Source: Takakia lepidozioides | Lineage: Eukaryota; Plantae; Bryophyta | Direction: 5' to 3' | Assembly (NCBI GenBank): GCA_030704615.1 | Contig: CM060734.1 | Coordinates: 8,494,001 to 8,558,000, forward strand | DNA length: 64,000 nucleotides | Shown: positions 60,139-64,000 of the stretch, in pieces | Position numbering within the stretch: the stretch's first letter is position 1 | Layout of the letters: every line of letters starts with the position of its first letter | Program-made: the position numbers and the translations under genes | The notes under the pieces: generated by a model | What the model was told of the DNA's origin: nothing | What the model saw: the letters and a program-made list of their open reading frames with translations, nothing else | Database searches by the model: none

Positions 60139-61489
60139 TCCAATCCCAACAAAGCAATTTCAAGCTACAAATAGAGGAGAAATACAGAAAACACACACCC
60201 TGTGGTGTCCATAAAAAGGGCCAATTGGACAGTAAAACAACAATGAACTGTAACACTACAAACAACTCGCAAAACTGAAATTCTTCATGCATTCAAGCTG
60301 AAAGCACCCTGAATTCCCGAAGGTTCATATGGGTGAGGAAGCAGCGACGTCGAGGCCTGCCATGACATTGGCAACACGTACACACCAGCGTAGATGACAA
60401 TTGCATCCCTGAATGACGAAATCCTTGCTCTGAGCTGAGAAGATTGTCCGGGCAGATTGCTGGCAGGCTAGCGTGCCCTGCACAAGGAACCGTTGTATTG
60501 TATAATGAGGGGGAGGAGCAAAAGGAAATTTTGCTTGCCACCACAACGAAAAGCTGGCCATTGGTTTTGGGCTTCATCAGCACTACCACTGGGATCCAAG
60601 TGAGGAGGGATCCATGGTAGCTACTAAAAGAGGATAGGGAGCCTGGAGTTCATTGGAACAGACAAGGAAACTTGAAAGGTGGCCAAACTACAGAAGAATT
60701 ATTGAGCACTGAATATTTGTCAGATCAGAATTGACTGCAGTTGTGGCCTACTATTATGGTGGCCCGACCAGCAGCCGTCTTCTTTTACATCGGGATATTG
60801 TTGTCAGCTAAATTTATATGCTTGCCTCGTGGTGGTGTGGCTTTTGGTGATGAATTTATCTATGCAGACCCGTGCATGCACTTTCCCTCCCCCCTAGCAG
60901 CCCACTCCCGCCTAGCAGCGCTCTGTAGTCACGTGATCAATATGAGCACTAGAAGGAGTTTAGAAGGACTACTTTTAGATAGAGTGCGAGAGCAGCGGCG
61001 TGGTGGGAGGACTTGCGGGGATTGTTTTTGCGGGTGGATCAGTTGCAAGGTCTATCCCTCCGCACGAAGCAGAACCTAAAATGCCGTATGAACATGGACA
61101 TTGAGCGTCAATTGAGAATAGCGAGGGTGTCCAAGCGCGAGCATGCTTTGGCGGGATAGAGTGGAGCATGCGTGCTCCGTATTCTTGGATTGGTTAAGAA
61201 ACCTTCACAGAGGTTCCTCACGTAAAGATCCCAGTCGAGCGTCTAACCCGACGTTGGATTTTCAGGAGTTTGGCAACCTGCAGCACCAAATTATGAGAAA
61301 TTGGGGCGGTGGCCAAGGCTCTACAAACCTACCTAGACTACATGGTTTTTGGGATGGCCTCCCTTTGAAGACTTCTCACATGAGGATCAAGTACGAATCT
61401 TGACCCAGATCACGCGAAAGTGTGAAACGTGAATAGCGGAACAACATGAAACGGACAAGAGTCCGTTGTGTCAATCACCAATCGGCAAA

Positions 61490-61633
61490 TTTGGGAGATT
61501 CCAAGGGGAAGTAATCACCAAGTCAACAATTTTTGAGATCTAGGGGAAGTAATCGCAAGTCACAAATTTTTGAGATTCCATGGGGAAGTAAATCACCAAG
61601 TCCACAATTTTTGGAATTCCAGGGGGAAGTAAA
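61490..61633. repeat. ~40-bp tandem repeat, about 3.5 copies
   Basis: gagattcca[a/t]ggggaagtaatcaccaagtc..caattttt repeated. Confidence 0.8.
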
Positions 61634-62589
61634 ACTGGTCCCTTGTGATTATCATTCACTGACAGCAAGTCTTTCCATGGGCTTACGTTTCTACAGTGTC
61701 TGTTGTTGCAAGTGTCTGGAATGTAGCAATGTAGTATGCTAAGATTTGCTTGTCACATGTGTTCGTAGCTTGTGTGTCCAAATTTTATGGAGTGGCATTG
61801 TGATCTTTCTGTTTCAGGCAAGAATTTTCTAATAAAGGATGTTATTGAAGTTATCGTGCCTCTCACTTGTACATTTGATTCAGGATATGTGGCATCTCGT
61901 TGTCCAAGTGTCACAATTGTCTTGTGACGTCTGTGTCAGCCCTCGACATTGAGAGGCTCGGGAGGAAGGCCCTGAGAATATATATTTTAGGTACTACAGG
62001 CACTTTTCCATGTGTGGATCCACCCCACCAATCACTTCCTGCTCCCTACTTAAGGTATCGCAGGCGAAAAAATGTAGAATGTGGTTTTATTGAAAGTAAT
62101 GGTCAACATGTCGGGAATGACTTGGATGAACACTCCAGAAGGTGTACAGAGAGTTTTTGGAACAATGTCCGTGGTGTTGCATTCTACCCCCAGATTATTT
62201 TCCGCTGATTCCTGCCATGTGATAACTTTGCGTGTCTTGCAAATCTGCCAAATCTGCACACAAACACCTACTACCTCAAACAATTGGTTACCAAGTGCAC
62301 CAGAGTGGAGGAGCACCCACGGTCCACTTAGTGCGGCACAGTTATGCAATGCTCCAATCCCAGGCAACGCAAGGGGCACATTGATTATGAAATGGCCTAA
62401 GAATGTCAATTGTACTGGTGTAGAATATACATTTTGCATTTTCAAGTTTTTGATCACACCCACCCACAAGCTGAATTCTAAATAAGTAGTTGCAAGACTC
62501 TTAGGTGCCTGCATCTTAACGCTACGAGATAAGACACAAAATAACTATTGAAAGAGGTCCTTATGCCTTGGCAAATTGCCGGGCCCACG

Positions 62590-62900
62590 CGTCCCAAGAA
62601 GGTCTCAGCATTGCAGCCAAAGTGCTCTCGCTGCTGGCCACGAGTAACCCTTCATGTTCACATTTAAAGTGATAATGTCTGGCTTCAAGTCCTTTTTGTT
62701 AATTCTTTCAAAGAGATGCAGGGCCTTCCTGTGACGACCATGCGGGCATTCATCCTGCAATCATTGCACTCCACCACACCATTACAACAAGTGGATGACA
62801 TGTGTTGAAGAAGAAAGTGCCGGATTTTGACAAGTCTGCTGCTGCTGCAGCTTCCTGCAGTTGTCCATCCACCCATGCTTAATTGCTGAACCACATGTCG
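62590..62900 (-). pseudogene. Degenerate PPR motif remnant
   Basis: Minus strand gives WWSAMIAG...HGRHRKALHLFERINKKDLKPDIITL. A weaker similar signal lies at ~62090-62290. Confidence 0.55.
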
Positions 62901-63714
62901 ATCCCTCAAAGCCTATTGCGAGGCAGCTGCCGACATCTCGTGTTGTCTAGCTCTACATGTCGCAAGCTTTACCTGCACCCCTCGAAACACATTCGTCTTG
63001 AACAGATCATTACCAAACATGAAATATGCTAAGGCAAAGGAGTATGAAAGGCTCGTCGTTCCCTAACAGTTTGAGCTCCGCATCTGGATTTGAGCTCCGC
63101 ATTTGAGAGGAAGATGTCTCATCTCCAATTGTGTCTGCACTGTTATTCTCCTCTTCTTTATGGGGGCAATACAGAAGATCGGAGAAAGCAGTCCAGACTC
63201 AATGCCGGATTGAGTGTGGAATGCTATTAGGCGTGATTCAGTTTGATGAACCTTCTGCCCCACCCAGTTATCAGGTGCTATCGCCAGCTTACAAGACAAC
63301 ATGAACCCAAATGCCACTCATGACACGAGAGTGCAGGGTGCAATCTTTCTAAGCTACAGGCAAAAAAAGACAACAATACAAGGCATACCTCATTGCTGCA
63401 GCTCCTTTACAGGCTCCCTTTACCTGCATACCCCAGTAACCAAATACATGCGTGTGCCAGCCTAAATCCCCATATACATTGGTCACGTCAAGACACTTAA
63501 ACCTTTCCAGAAAACTAGTATTTCCCCCACAGAACAAACCCCCATCTTCAAAGTGATGAAGCGGTTTGAGTCCCGTACCACAATTGTTCAGCCAACAGTC
63601 TTTGAGTTGAGCTTGGTGGGGTGTGGCAGTCTCCACACACCACCCGAAGATTCTTCATCAGACGGAGAGGCATCCCAGGGGCCGTGCTATCAGCCCCAAA
63701 CCTTGTCAAATTAA

Positions 63715-64000
63715 TATGTGGTGCAATCCTAGCTTTCAGGATGTCTGCATGGACCTTTCTTACCCAGTTCCAGAGCTCCTAGGTGTGCACACACATTGAG
63801 AACACACAGAGGAATGTAAAACTGTCCGGGCTGCACCCTTTCCCATTGCATTTCCTGATAGAGCTTGAAAGCCCCCTATCACACCTGTGCTGAGCATATC
63901 CTGCCATAATGGCAAATCCATGAGAACACATTTTGTTCAGGCATCATATGTTGAACACCTGACATGCATCCTTCATTGCTCCCCACACTTGGCATAACAT
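63715..64000 (-). pseudogene. PLS-class PPR gene remnant (frameshifted; continues beyond the window)
   Basis: Allowing 1-bp indels: YAKCG.MKDACQVFN.MPEQNVFSW..IMAGYAQH....AFKLYQEMQWERVQPDSFTFLCVLNVCAHLGALELGKKVHADILK. Confidence 0.85.

Noticed and set aside
59575-60292. Long ORFs across the N run
   Set aside because: Gap artefacts.
60139-61480. Short ORFs after the gap
   Set aside because: No motifs or consistent exon structure recognised.

Overview
Repeat-dense eukaryotic nuclear DNA, almost certainly land plant (PLS-type PPR remnants, GT-AG introns, non-chromovirus Ty3/Gypsy elements); I cannot assign a species. No intact host gene is present. The window holds five kinds of sequence. (i) Several copies of a Ty3/Gypsy family ('A'; tRNA-Arg-like PBS, FLDD RT motif, CACAG-rich LTRs), including one near full-length minus-strand copy at 46496->59638. 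(ii) Fragments of two other Gypsy families ('B' 6285-11415, 'C' 31945-~36632). (iii) A ~3.2-kb apparently non-coding repeat ('X') in seven or more partial copies whose end is joined to its own start. (iv) Two pieces of an unusual putative DNA mobile element sharing one inverted-repeat motif: a GCM/WRKY-like Zn-binding gene (~508-1592) and a six-exon gene with a ParB/Srx-like 'WDGNHR' domain (14859-18780), whose fifth intron is a 147-bp-periodic inverted-repeat array. (v) After a 500-N gap, degenerate PPR sequence. The most notable results are the ParB-like/GCM-like element; a large 3' accessory ORF shared by families A and B, which in A appears fused in frame to integrase; and one family-A element apparently shattered into eight non-overlapping pieces scattered in both orientations across 21.8-46.3 kb. 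All homology calls are by eye, not database searches.
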